The notes under the pieces are model-generated. The model ran no database searches and was not told the DNA's origin. It saw only the letters and a program-made list of their open reading frames with translations. From contig JAVZOV010000002.1 of NCBI GenBank assembly GCA_038881895.1, positions 316,397 through 348,396 of the forward strand: a stretch of 32,000 bases of DNA, in the 5' to 3' direction. Positions 15,868 through 24,724 of this stretch are shown piece after piece. The position numbers and the translations under genes were made by a program. This DNA is from Thermoprotei archaeon. GTDB taxonomy: Archaea > Thermoproteota > Thermoprotei > Gearchaeales > WAQG01. Each line of letters opens with the position of its first letter. Positions within the stretch are counted from its first letter, which is position 1.

Positions 15868-16890
15868 ATGTCGTATATAGTTAGACGTGTTCAACTTACA
15901 GGTAAATCAACATTTATTGTTTCATTACCAAAAAAATGGGCATCAGAAATGGGATTAAAATCTGGCACACCAATCATGTTTAGAATTGGTCCAGATGGTT
16001 CATTATTAATTTCTCCAAGCAACATCATAAAAGAAACGCCTATCAGTACAATCGTTGTTGGAGCAGATTCAAACGAAGACATAGTATTCAGAGAATACCT
16101 GGCGCATTATCTAGCAGGTTCAACTGTAATAAAAATAATGTTTATCACAAGCTCTAGTTTACGGTCAATAATAAAAAATTTAATAAGAAATAAGCTTATA
16201 GGAATAGAGATAGTTGAAGAAACTTCAAAGGATATAACAACACAAGTTCTCACAAATCACTCACAACTTCCTCTTCTTAAAGCTATTAACCGAATGCACC
16301 TAATTTCACTCTTTATGTATAAGGATGCACTGGAATCATTAAAAACCCAAAATATAGAATTAGCAAAAGACATAATAGAAAGAGATGATGAAGTTGACAG
16401 GTTTTATCATTTTATAGTAAGACAGCTAAACATGGTAGCATTAAATATATCAACAGTCAAGGATATAGGTCTTAACAAATTATCAGAAGGACTTGAATAT
16501 AGAATAATAGCAAAAAGTATCGAAAGAATAGGGGACCATTCAGCTAGAATCGCCAAATCAATAACCAGAATACTAAAATGGCCAACCACAAACTCATTAG
16601 ATTTGTTAGAAGATTTTGGAAATAGAACAGTTTCAATTTATGAAAAAGTTATTCGAGCTCTTAATAAAATGGATAAAAAGTTAGCACAAGAATTAATTAG
16701 CGACACAAGCTTTATTGCCGATTATGAACAAGATATAACCAATAAACTATTGGAAAACAATACAATACCCACATCCACAATGATAGAACTAAAGCTAATA
16801 ATGGAAAGCATTAGACGTATTGCAGAATATAGCGAGGACATTGCAGAGTCAATTATTAACTTATCAGTTAGTGGGGCCGAGGGGATTTGA
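15868..16890 (+). CDS. AbrB/SpoVT-domain + double PhoU-domain regulator
   Basis: N-terminus RRVQLTGKSTFIVSLPKKWASEMGLKSGTPIMF (AbrB-like swapped hairpin). Two PhoU repeats with ERIGDHSARIAKSI and RRIAEYSEDIAESI. The last about 19 nt overlap tRNA-Trp on the opposite strand. Confidence 0.8.
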   Translation: MSYIVRRVQLTGKSTFIVSLPKKWASEMGLKSGTPIMFRIGPDGSLLISPSNIIKETPISTIVVGADSNEDIVFREYLAHYLAGSTVIKIMFITSSSLRSIIKNLIRNKLIGIEIVEETSKDITTQVLTNHSQLPLLKAINRMHLISLFMYKDALESLKTQNIELAKDIIERDDEVDRFYHFIVRQLNMVALNISTVKDIGLNKLSEGLEYRIIAKSIERIGDHSARIAKSITRILKWPTTNSLDLLEDFGNRTVSIYEKVIRALNKMDKKLAQELISDTSFIADYEQDITNKLLENNTIPTSTMIELKLIMESIRRIAEYSEDIAESIINLSVSGAEGI

Positions 16891-16994
16891 ACCCCTGGCT
16901 TCCGGGTCTCCCCTATATCATCCCAAATCCTCATCGGATAGTCAACGCTCCAATAACTGGAGCCCGTCGCCATACCTGGCTAGGCCACGGCCCC
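16872..16994 (-). tRNA. tRNA-Trp (anticodon CCA) with a 49-nt intron after position 37
   Basis: The minus strand reads GGGGCCG-UG-GCCUAGCCAGGUAUGGC-G-ACGGG-CU-CCA-G, then the intron UUAUUGGAG...GGGGAG, then A-CCCGG-AAGCC-AGGGG-UUCAAAU-CCCCU-CGGCCCC-A. The acceptor and T arms pair perfectly. The intron UGGAG pairs with the anticodon-loop CUCCA. No CCA end is encoded. Confidence 0.85.
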
Positions 16995-17390
16995 ACAATC
17001 TATCTTATAAGTAAGGTGAATAAAAAAGTTTCTCATTATAATTGTTCTATAAACTAAAATATCAATCAAATAACCTAGCCCTATTATTAGGTTTTCAGCA
17101 CTTTCTGAATAGGTAAATTTTATGGATTTTTGTTTTTTGTGTTGTGATGCCTTTAATGAACCTCTAGTAACAGAGATAAAGAGGAAGGAACAAAAATCCA
17201 CTAATCACACAACAGTTCTGCAGCAATTTTTGTTGTAGTACTTTTTATCACTCAGTTTTTAACTAGGTAGTAAGTGTGAGTCCTGTTTCCAAAAGGAATA
17301 GGACAGATAAGGATTAACGTCTAACATGAAGTGCTTTACTAGCCCTGAAAGTTTATGTTATAAAATTGATCATGCTATTGAAATACTTAA

Positions 17391-17518
17391 GGGGCCGCCA
17401 GCTTTGCGGCTTTCGCAGGCCCTCGCGGAGCCTACTACTAGCCGCAACGGAGGGCGGTTTAACTTCCGAGTTCGGAATGGGTTCGGGTGAGACCCGCCCC
17501 CTATGGCCGGCGTACCCC
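17391..17518 (-). rRNA. rrf: 5S ribosomal RNA (not linked to 16S/23S in this window)
   Basis: The minus strand reads GGGGUACGCCGGCCAUAGGGGGCGGGUCUCACCCGAACCCAUUCCGAACUCGGAAGUUAAACCGCCC...GCUGGCGGCCCC. It carries the conserved CCGAACUCGGAAGUUAA core and has pairing termini. Confidence 0.85.
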
Positions 17519-17537
17519 AATATTTTCAAAAAAATCT

Positions 17538-17552
17538 TACATTTAAACTTTC
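17538..17552 (-). promoter_or_regulatory. Putative TATA box of the 5S rRNA promoter
   Basis: Minus strand AAAGTTTAAATG, centred about 26 nt upstream of the inferred 5S 5' end. Confidence 0.45.
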
Positions 17553-17645
17553 ATATTGGATTTTTCACAATTCTGAAGAATGGATCTACATTTGACGCTC
17601 TCCACGACTAAAGTCGGGGATTCTCGATCGAATCATATTTTCGTT

Positions 17646-17875
17646 CACAGTTGTTGAGTTCTGGGCTGTGTCAAGCCAGTTGTTATGGACATATGGTTTG
17701 CTTGTCTGAGCCTCCTCACCAGCTTCGTTCGGGGAGCCTTATTCAGGCTTTTAAATATTCACCACATTCGAGCGACACGCTCAAAAACATGTGATGAACA
17801 TCACGTTCAAACCTAATGGATAATTCATCCCAGAAACAAAGTTCTAAGCTTTCCTGTCGAGTCTTATGTAAAATT
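17646..17875. repeat. Copy A of a 230-bp inverted repeat (partner at 27801..28030)
   Basis: I hand-aligned the reverse complement of 17646..17875 with 27801..28030. The two are identical except for one position (A/G within ...TTCACC[A/G]CATTCGAGCG...). No ORF is present. Confidence 0.9.
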
Positions 17876-17960
17876 TTCGATAATGTATACTTATTTTTTT
17901 GAGCAGTTCGTTTACATTTATATGTAACATATTTCTATTTTTCTTTGGTGAAAAAAAGAA

Positions 17961-19115
17961 ATGATGGAAGTATTTTATCAAGTACTTTATGACCAATTTG
18001 GTTTTGGGGAGACTTCGACTACGAACTGGATTAGTTTAATCATAGGAATAGTATATCTGGTTACTCTTTTCTTGTTTATGTTTGGGCCTGTTCAAATGTG
18101 GCTTTATACCGCTAGGGTAAGCAAAGATCTTGTTAGGCTTGAGATTTACGCAAAGAGAAGTCGTGAGATATTCATCTCAGTAGCAAGTAAGTATAATCAG
18201 AATAAGGAAGAATTAGAGAAAATTGTAAGTGATGCATTAGAGTTCTTTTATATAGAGCCTGTAGAACGCGATCCTTATGGATTTATAAAACGGTTAGATC
18301 ACTTGCTTAATGTTTCTAGGAATAAGCTTAAGCTTTTAGTAAATAAAATTGCGCCAATTGCTGATGGAGAAGAGAAAGCAAATTTAGAAAACACATTAAC
18401 AACAGCTATGGCGTTGAATTCCATATATAAATATGCTAAGCACTGGTACATAGTTGGCAGAAAGGCTGGTAGTATAGTTATAATGGCGCAACTGGAACTT
18501 TTAATGGCTCTTTTAAGAGATATAGCTAGAGCTTATTATATGTCATTTTTCGCTACAATTAAAGGAATACCTATCGGTGATGGTGTAGGAGCAATGGTTG
18601 CTGCGAGGTTAATGATGAAGTCTCAAAATTACAAAGTAATTACAACTGAGACTATCATGTCAGAGTTAGATATTGATGGAAGAAAAGCAATGATTGTTAA
18701 AGCGGCTGGTCCAGGTGGTAGAGTTGGAAAGCCTGGTGAAGCAATACAAAAGCTTATAGAAGAATACCAAAACAAAATTAATTTGATAATAATGATTGAT
18801 GCCGCAGCAAAATTAGAAAGTGAAGAAAGTGGAACAATAGCAGAAGGTGTCGGAGCTGCAATAGGAGATCCTGGTCCTGAGAAGTATAAGATAGAGGAAT
18901 CATCAACGAAGTATGGTATTCCTGTAGAATCGATTGTAATAAAGCAAGGGATTGATGAGGCCGTATCAGCTATGTCTAAGAAATTAGCTGAGTCTGTCGA
19001 TAAAGTTATTGAACGGATTAAAAATATTATACATGAGCGTGTACCTGAAGGAGGAATAGTAATAATAGCTGGAATAGGTAATACTATAGGTATTGGTAAT
19101 TCGTTAGGAGGTTAA
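17961..19115 (+). CDS. Conserved archaeal membrane-anchored protein of unknown function (possibly DUF1512 family)
   Basis: 384 aa. One N-terminal TM helix (WISLIIGIVYLVTLFLFMFGPV), then a soluble domain with Gly-rich segments (IPIGDGVGAMVAA, AAGPGGRVGKPGEA, AEGVGAAIGDPGPEK). The family name is recalled from memory, not verified. Confidence 0.55.
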   Translation: MMEVFYQVLYDQFGFGETSTTNWISLIIGIVYLVTLFLFMFGPVQMWLYTARVSKDLVRLEIYAKRSREIFISVASKYNQNKEELEKIVSDALEFFYIEPVERDPYGFIKRLDHLLNVSRNKLKLLVNKIAPIADGEEKANLENTLTTAMALNSIYKYAKHWYIVGRKAGSIVIMAQLELLMALLRDIARAYYMSFFATIKGIPIGDGVGAMVAARLMMKSQNYKVITTETIMSELDIDGRKAMIVKAAGPGGRVGKPGEAIQKLIEEYQNKINLIIMIDAAAKLESEESGTIAEGVGAAIGDPGPEKYKIEESSTKYGIPVESIVIKQGIDEAVSAMSKKLAESVDKVIERIKNIIHERVPEGGIVIIAGIGNTIGIGNSLGG

Positions 19116-19120
19116 AATAA

Positions 19121-19432
19121 ATGAGCACAACAAAACCATCGTATGATCCTTTAACCAGTTTATTGAATGAATTTAAAGACTTCAAGATTATGTCTCTCCT
19201 AGAGTGTACTTCTTGTGGATACAATTTTGAGAGAGCTTATAAAGAGAAAGAACACGTAAATAAAATTACTGAAGATTTATGTCCTAAATGTAATTCGAAA
19301 ATGTACATTAAAGCAGTTTATGTTGTAAAAGAAGAAAAAAGTTTGCAAAAGAAAGGTTTTCTTAGAGGACTACTGCCTTTGACTATTTTTACAAAATTCT
19401 CTAATAAAATTTTAAATTTCAGTAAAAACTAG
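19121..19432 (+). CDS. Small zinc-ribbon protein
   Basis: CTSCGYNF...CPKCNSKMY (CxxC-x26-CxxC). 103 aa. GGAGG Shine-Dalgarno-like element upstream. The 3' end overlaps the convergent map gene by 21 nt. Confidence 0.55.
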   Translation: MSTTKPSYDPLTSLLNEFKDFKIMSLLECTSCGYNFERAYKEKEHVNKITEDLCPKCNSKMYIKAVYVVKEEKSLQKKGFLRGLLPLTIFTKFSNKILNFSKN

Positions 19433-20305
19433 GGGTTTTTCTTTAGTAACTAGAATGGTATGCTCAAATTGTGCTACATAACTGTTGTTTATCTCTGCTA
19501 ATACAGGATATTTTGTAGCAATTTTTCTTTTTACCATCTCATTAACTAGTTGCTTTGCATTACTATAATTATATAAGTACCATCTTGGTGTGAATGGTAA
19601 TCCTTTACGTTCGTTCCATATTCTAACTGCCAGTTCATCTACAGTATCATTCACTCTTTTCGGTTTTGATAATAGAGCATAAATACGCGAATATGATAGG
19701 TCGTGGACTTCCCCTCTTCCATTCGTAGCGAATGGTTCTATTGCATAAATCTCTCCCTCTATTACTTCTCCGTGTTCTAGGAATGCGTACACATTAGGTA
19801 CTATTTTGCCTGTGTGTAAAATATATCGCGAGATTTGATGTCCAGTAAGGTTTGATATCGGTTTGTAGCCATACTGTCGTATAGTGTTTTCAATCGTTTT
19901 ACCTAATTCTTTAAGACTTATTCCAGGTCGTATGATCTCTAGTGCATTTGATAATGCCTTTTGCGCAGCTAATAAAAGTCTATCGTAATCTGGATCAAAT
20001 GAAACAGTAATAGCAGAATCGACGATGTAGCCTTCGATATGTGCTCCGCCATCTATTTTTACGATACTATTAGGTGGTATTACTCTTGCATCGTTTACAT
20101 CAGCTGTATCGTGCGCAGCTATATTATTTATTGATATGTTACATGGAAATGCAGGTTCTGCTCCACCGGATTTTATTTCGTTTTCTACTAATTCGCATAA
20201 TTCTATGATTGGCATATCTACATGAATCTTGTTTGCAGCTTTTTTCAGTGCAGTATAAAGTATCTTCCCTGCCTTTTTGTATAACTCTAGTATCTCATTC
20301 ATCAT
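19412..20305 (-). CDS. map: Methionine aminopeptidase, type 2 (archaeal)
   Basis: 297 aa with a pita-bread-fold pattern: PCNISINNIAAHD, VKIDGGAHIEGYIVDSA, LTGHQI, YAIEPFAT, QFEHTILV. Confidence 0.9.
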   Translation of the reverse strand: MMNEILELYKKAGKILYTALKKAANKIHVDMPIIELCELVENEIKSGGAEPAFPCNISINNIAAHDTADVNDARVIPPNSIVKIDGGAHIEGYIVDSAITVSFDPDYDRLLLAAQKALSNALEIIRPGISLKELGKTIENTIRQYGYKPISNLTGHQISRYILHTGKIVPNVYAFLEHGEVIEGEIYAIEPFATNGRGEVHDLSYSRIYALLSKPKRVNDTVDELAVRIWNERKGLPFTPRWYLYNYSNAKQLVNEMVKRKIATKYPVLAEINNSYVAQFEHTILVTKEKPLVFTEI

Positions 20306-20381
20306 GTTAAAATTAATATACAGAAAGGCATATTTATAGGCTACTTTCTATTTAAAAATTTGATACATAGGTCGGTCTGGC

Positions 20382-21182
20382 ATGAATGTAAAAATACTTG
20401 AAAAAGACCAGCTAAAAATGATGTTCGTGGTAGAAGGAGTGGATGTTACATTACTAAATGCTATTAGAAGAGCGACTATAAACCGCGTACCTACAATGGC
20501 TATTGATACTGTAATAATATTAGAAAATTCATCAATTATGTATGATGAGATTCTTGCACATAGACTTGGTCTTATACCATTAACTACTGACCTTGACGAA
20601 ATGCTGCCGGATACTACTGTGATCCTTAAGTTAGAGGTTAAAGCCGCATCCGACAATCAGGTTGTTTATTCTTCACAACTTGTATCATCTGATCAAAGTG
20701 TTAAGCCAGCTTGGAGCACCATTCCTATAGTTCTTCTTAAAAAAGGACAGCGCATTCAATTAGAGGCTATGGCTAGATTAGGAACAGGCTCAGAACATGC
20801 TAAATGGCAACCGGTATCAGTTAGTGCGTACAAAAACATGCCATATATAGAAGTTGATAAAGAATTGTGGCAAAAATATGATAGTAAGACTGCTGAGAAT
20901 ATAATAAAATCGTGCCCTAAGGGTGTATTAAAAATTGTTGATGGATATCCAACTTTAGCAAATCCAGTCAATTGTACACTTTGTAAATATTGTGAAGATA
21001 TTTCTAATGGCGCCATCAAAGTTCGTTGGCGTGATAATGAATACATATATAGACTTGAATCAACAGGTGCAATGTCACCTGAGAAAGTTTTTCTTAAAGC
21101 GATTGATTTATTAATCTCTGATTGTAGAAATATTAGTTCACAACTGGAGAATCTGGAAAAGGGGGTTGATGTAAGTGGTTAA
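20382..21182 (+). CDS. rpoD: DNA-directed RNA polymerase subunit D (Rpo3) with a 4-Cys ferredoxin-like insert
   Basis: N-terminal LLNAIRRATINRVPTMAID and EILAHRLGLIPL motifs. Insert CPKGV...NCTLCKYC (4 Cys). Context with L18e-L13-S9-rpoN. Confidence 0.9.
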   Translation: MNVKILEKDQLKMMFVVEGVDVTLLNAIRRATINRVPTMAIDTVIILENSSIMYDEILAHRLGLIPLTTDLDEMLPDTTVILKLEVKAASDNQVVYSSQLVSSDQSVKPAWSTIPIVLLKKGQRIQLEAMARLGTGSEHAKWQPVSVSAYKNMPYIEVDKELWQKYDSKTAENIIKSCPKGVLKIVDGYPTLANPVNCTLCKYCEDISNGAIKVRWRDNEYIYRLESTGAMSPEKVFLKAIDLLISDCRNISSQLENLEKGVDVSG

Positions 21183-21540
21183 GAAAGCAGGACCGACAAA
21201 TCCTGTAATACGAGTTTTATTAAGGAATTTAAGGAAAGCAAGTAAAACTTGGGGAGCACCGATTTGGAAAACTGTAGCTGAGCTAATAGAGAAACCTAAA
21301 CGTCAACGTATTCATGTAAATATAAGCAGAGTTAACAGATACACAGAAAAGGATGATGTTGTGATCGTACCTGGTAAAGTATTGGGAGCAGGAAAAATTG
21401 ATCATCCAGTAACAGTTGCAGCGCTCTCATTTTCTAAAACTGCACGCGAAAAAATTATGAGCGCAGGAGGGCAATGCATAAGTATTAATCAGATTGTAAA
21501 GATTAGACCTAGTGGATCAAACGTAAAAATTATAGGGTGA
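21175..21540 (+). CDS. rpl18e: Ribosomal protein L18e (eL18)
   Basis: GTG start. GPTNPVIRVLLRNLRKASK...VVIVPGKVLGAGKIDHPVTVAALSFS is typical of eL18. Conserved position after rpoD. Confidence 0.85.
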   Translation: MVKKAGPTNPVIRVLLRNLRKASKTWGAPIWKTVAELIEKPKRQRIHVNISRVNRYTEKDDVVIVPGKVLGAGKIDHPVTVAALSFSKTAREKIMSAGGQCISINQIVKIRPSGSNVKIIG

Positions 21541-21986
21541 GTAAGATGAATGAGGAGACTGTTATAGTTGATGCAAAAAATCAAATACTAGGTCGAATGG
21601 CGAGCAAGGTGGCATCTTTACTACTTTCAGGTAAGAATGTTATAATTGTGAATGCTGAGAAAGCGGTTATAAGTGGAACGAGAGAAAGGGTTCTAGAAAG
21701 ATTCGAAGAAAAAATTGAAAGATCAACACTGAAAAATCCTGAAAAACTCGGACATCGGAATCCTAGGAGACCTGATGGTATTATAAGAAGGACGATAAGA
21801 GGTATGCTGCCCTATAAACAAGAGAAAGGTAGAAGTGCTTACAAAAGATTGAGAGTCTATATTGGTATTCCTGAAGACTTACAAAACTATAAGTATATTA
21901 GATTCCCTGAAGCTGATACATCTAGACTTGGCAACAAATATGTTTATTTGGATGATGTTCTAAAGATTCTTAGACAAAGCTCTTAG
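21537..21986 (+). CDS. rpl13: Ribosomal protein L13 (uL13)
   Basis: IVDAKNQILGRMASKVASLLLSGKNVIIVNAEK and IIRRTIRGMLP motifs. GTG start at 21537 or ATG at 21546. Confidence 0.9.
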   Translation: MSKMNEETVIVDAKNQILGRMASKVASLLLSGKNVIIVNAEKAVISGTRERVLERFEEKIERSTLKNPEKLGHRNPRRPDGIIRRTIRGMLPYKQEKGRSAYKRLRVYIGIPEDLQNYKYIRFPEADTSRLGNKYVYLDDVLKILRQSS

Positions 21987-21996
21987 GGGTGATTAA

Positions 21997-22398
21997 ATGA
22001 GCATTGTAATAGCTTCCGGAAAAAGAAAGACTGCAATTGCGCGCGCAATAATCAAACCAGGTATTGGGAGAGTTAGAATTAATAGTGTACTATTAGAAGT
22101 TTATGAACCAAAATTTATTAGGATGTTAATAAGTGAACCATTACTTCTTCTAGATGAACAAACTAGAAAAATGTACGATATCGATGTGATAGTGCAAGGA
22201 GGAGGTTTTATGGGTCAAGCTCAAGCAATTAGGACCGCAATAGCACGTGGGCTTATCAAGATTACAAATCGTGAAGATATAAAAGCTTTATATTCAGCAT
22301 ATGATAGGAGCTTAATCGTAGGTGATCCACGTCAGGCGGAACCTAAGAAACCAAGAGGAAGAAGCGCTAGAGCTAAAAGGCAGAAATCCTATAGGTAA
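21997..22398 (+). CDS. rps9: Ribosomal protein S9 (uS9)
   Basis: GKRKTAIARAIIKPGIGRVRIN and the C-terminal DPRQAEPKKPRGRSARAKRQKSYR signature. Confidence 0.92.
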   Translation: MSIVIASGKRKTAIARAIIKPGIGRVRINSVLLEVYEPKFIRMLISEPLLLLDEQTRKMYDIDVIVQGGGFMGQAQAIRTAIARGLIKITNREDIKALYSAYDRSLIVGDPRQAEPKKPRGRSARAKRQKSYR

Positions 22399-22413
22399 TG
22401 TTGGTGATCGTTT

Positions 22414-22626
22414 ATGATGATTCCAATTAGATGTTTTACATGTGGTGCACCGATCGCACAGTATTGGGATGAATTTGTAAAGAGATATGAAAAAGAACAT
22501 GACGCTGGTAAGGTTCTTGATGAGTTAGGGATTAAAAGATACTGTTGCAGAAGGATGTTTATTAGCCATGTAAACTTAATAGATGAAATGATACAATTCT
22601 CACCAGCACCTTCTCAAGAGGAATAA
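22414..22626 (+). CDS. rpoN: DNA-directed RNA polymerase subunit N (Rpo10)
   Basis: MMIPIRCFTCGAPI...LGIKRYCCRRMFISHVNLID, the canonical Rpb10/RpoN zinc motif. Confidence 0.92.
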   Translation: MMIPIRCFTCGAPIAQYWDEFVKRYEKEHDAGKVLDELGIKRYCCRRMFISHVNLIDEMIQFSPAPSQEE

Positions 22627-22656
22627 GTTTATTTCCTAAAGTAACTAGTTTTAAAC

Positions 22657-23919
22657 ATGGATACTGAGATACGTGAGTTAAAGTCACGCATAATTTTAGA
22701 CAGTCGGGGAAATCCTACAATTGAGAGCGAAGTATATACAGTCAAGGGGTTTGGAAGGGCATCTGCTCCTAGCGGATTAAGCACAAGTGCGTATGAAGTG
22801 CCACATATACCTGAAGGTGGCCCAAGAAAAGTATTAGAGATCTTAACTAGAGAGATTTTTCCTAAACTAAAAGGGCTAGATTCCTCAAACCAAGCATTTT
22901 TTGATTCCCAATTAAAGGAATTAGATGGAACCACGAATTTCTCAAGAATCGGGGGAGCAGCAGCAACATCTTTATCTTTTGCAAACGCGAAAGCTGCATC
23001 TAATACATTAGGATTACCACTGTATAAACATCTGAACAATCTAGGTGTATACGAGCTACCTTTGCCTCTTGGTAATGTAATAGGAGGAGGAAAGCATGCA
23101 CGTGATAGGTCGATACCATTTCAAGAAATATTAGTATTTCCTTTAAACCCACCTACGATATTTGATGCTATAATGATTAATGTAATGGTTCATAAAGAAC
23201 TTTCTAAAATACTTTCACATATTGATCCATACTTTGCAGGAGGGAAAAATGATGAAGGAGCATGGGTTACTAAGGTAACAATAGAGAAGGCTCTTGATGC
23301 TGTTAACGAAGCAATAAAAAATGTAAAATCTATGATTAACGTGCCTGTAGAAATAGGAATTGGCATGGATATTGCTGCATCTAATTTATGGTATCCTGAT
23401 AAAAAAGTTTATAAATATGAGGATAAAGTATTTACTGAAGATCAGCATCTTAATTATATGTTTTCGTTAATAGAGAAATATCAAATATTATACTTAGAAG
23501 ACCCATTTCATGAAGATAGTTTTGACACTTTTGCTGAGCTCACTAAGATAGTGAAAGATTATGGTACTGTTATAGTAGGTGATGATATATTCGCAACCAG
23601 AATTGATAGACTCATTGAAGGTATTAATCGTAAGGCAGGAAATGGAATAATAATAAAACCTAATCAAGTTGGCACAATAAGTGATGCAATAAAAGTCATT
23701 AAATATGCACGTGAATATGGATTTACACCGATTGTTTCACACAGAAGTGGAGAGACCACTGATGAGACAATAGCACATCTAGCCGTTGCGTATCAAGTTC
23801 CAATTATAAAAACAGGTACCGTAGGAGGAGAACGGATCAGTAAACTCAATGAGCTTATTAGGATTGAGGAGTTAGATAACAATATAAAACCAGCTTTTAT
23901 TTATAGGATGAAAAAATAA
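22657..23919 (+). CDS. eno: Enolase (phosphopyruvate hydratase)
   Basis: IILDSRGNPTIESEVYT N-terminus; IIIKPNQVGTISDA; VSHRSGETTDETIAHLAV. Confidence 0.93.
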   Translation: MDTEIRELKSRIILDSRGNPTIESEVYTVKGFGRASAPSGLSTSAYEVPHIPEGGPRKVLEILTREIFPKLKGLDSSNQAFFDSQLKELDGTTNFSRIGGAAATSLSFANAKAASNTLGLPLYKHLNNLGVYELPLPLGNVIGGGKHARDRSIPFQEILVFPLNPPTIFDAIMINVMVHKELSKILSHIDPYFAGGKNDEGAWVTKVTIEKALDAVNEAIKNVKSMINVPVEIGIGMDIAASNLWYPDKKVYKYEDKVFTEDQHLNYMFSLIEKYQILYLEDPFHEDSFDTFAELTKIVKDYGTVIVGDDIFATRIDRLIEGINRKAGNGIIIKPNQVGTISDAIKVIKYAREYGFTPIVSHRSGETTDETIAHLAVAYQVPIIKTGTVGGERISKLNELIRIEELDNNIKPAFIYRMKK

Positions 23920-23961
23920 ATATTAGAAGTTTTATTCAAAAATGTACTAGGTGAAAAATAA

Positions 23962-24642
23962 ATGAGCAAACAAGATAATTCATCAGGAGAGAGAGGTAAA
24001 AAGACTGAAAAATACAAGGACGAAGAGAGAACAGAGCAATTAAAAGTGGCACCTACAGAACTTTATGTTACTTCTGGTTTACACATAGGTACACGTTACA
24101 AATCCAAATATATGCAACGTTTCATTTTTAGAACACGCGTTGATGGGATAAACATAATAAGTCCAAAAGATATAGATGAACGGATTAGAGTGGCAGGAAA
24201 GTTTTTGTCATTTTTTGAGCCTGCAAAGATATTAGTAGTTGCATCTAGACCATATGCAATACAACCTGTTAAAAAATTCTGTGAACTTGTAGGTTCTATA
24301 TCATCCTTGGGTAGGTTCTTACCAGGCATGCTCACAAACCCACAATTACCATTTTATTTAGAGCCTGATGTAGTGTTTGTTAATGATCCAATGGCGGATT
24401 CTCAGGCTGTTGAAGAAGCAAGCAAAGTCGGAATACCAGTGGTGGCCTTATGTGATACTGAGCACGAATGTAGCAATATTGATCTTGTAATTCCGGTAAA
24501 CAATAAAGGTAAAAGGGCTTTAGCGACAGTATATTGGCTTTTAGCAAGACAAATATTAAGGGAACGTGGTGAAATACCGCCGGATGGTGATCTAAGCGTA
24601 CCAATAGATGATTTTGAAGCAAAACTTACTGAAGAAAGTTAG
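23962..24642 (+). CDS. rps2: Ribosomal protein S2 (uS2) with a Lys/Glu-rich N-terminal extension
   Basis: SGLHIGTRYKSKYMQRFIFRTRVDGINII, PDVVFVNDP, VVALCDT motifs. About 30 extra charged residues at the N-terminus. Confidence 0.9.
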   Translation: MSKQDNSSGERGKKTEKYKDEERTEQLKVAPTELYVTSGLHIGTRYKSKYMQRFIFRTRVDGINIISPKDIDERIRVAGKFLSFFEPAKILVVASRPYAIQPVKKFCELVGSISSLGRFLPGMLTNPQLPFYLEPDVVFVNDPMADSQAVEEASKVGIPVVALCDTEHECSNIDLVIPVNNKGKRALATVYWLLARQILRERGEIPPDGDLSVPIDDFEAKLTEES

Positions 24643-24724
24643 CATTTAATAAATTTAATCAACTAATGTTAAGTCAAATGCATAAATTTTTGTGCATGCA
24701 GTTACTTAATTTAATAGAAGACCT

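Noticed and set aside
16900-16950. Possible box C/D guide RNA inside the tRNA-Trp intron (GAUGAG and GAUGAU strings), as known for euryarchaeal pre-tRNA-Trp
   Set aside because: The intron is only 49 nt and has no CUGA box D/D'. It is too short for a dual-guide C/D sRNA.
16722-17201. ORFs 16722..16973(-), 16820..17014(+) and 16980..17201(-)
   Set aside because: They overlap the tRNA-Trp gene and/or the 3' end of the AbrB-PhoU gene. They show no motifs or ribosome-binding context and are best explained as chance frames across a GC-rich tRNA.
17366-17611. 81-aa plus-strand ORF
   Set aside because: It overlaps the 5S rRNA gene on the opposite strand. Its open frame is explained by the GC-rich rRNA sequence.
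22629-23039. 136-aa minus-strand ORF
   Set aside because: It is fully antisense to the well-supported enolase gene.
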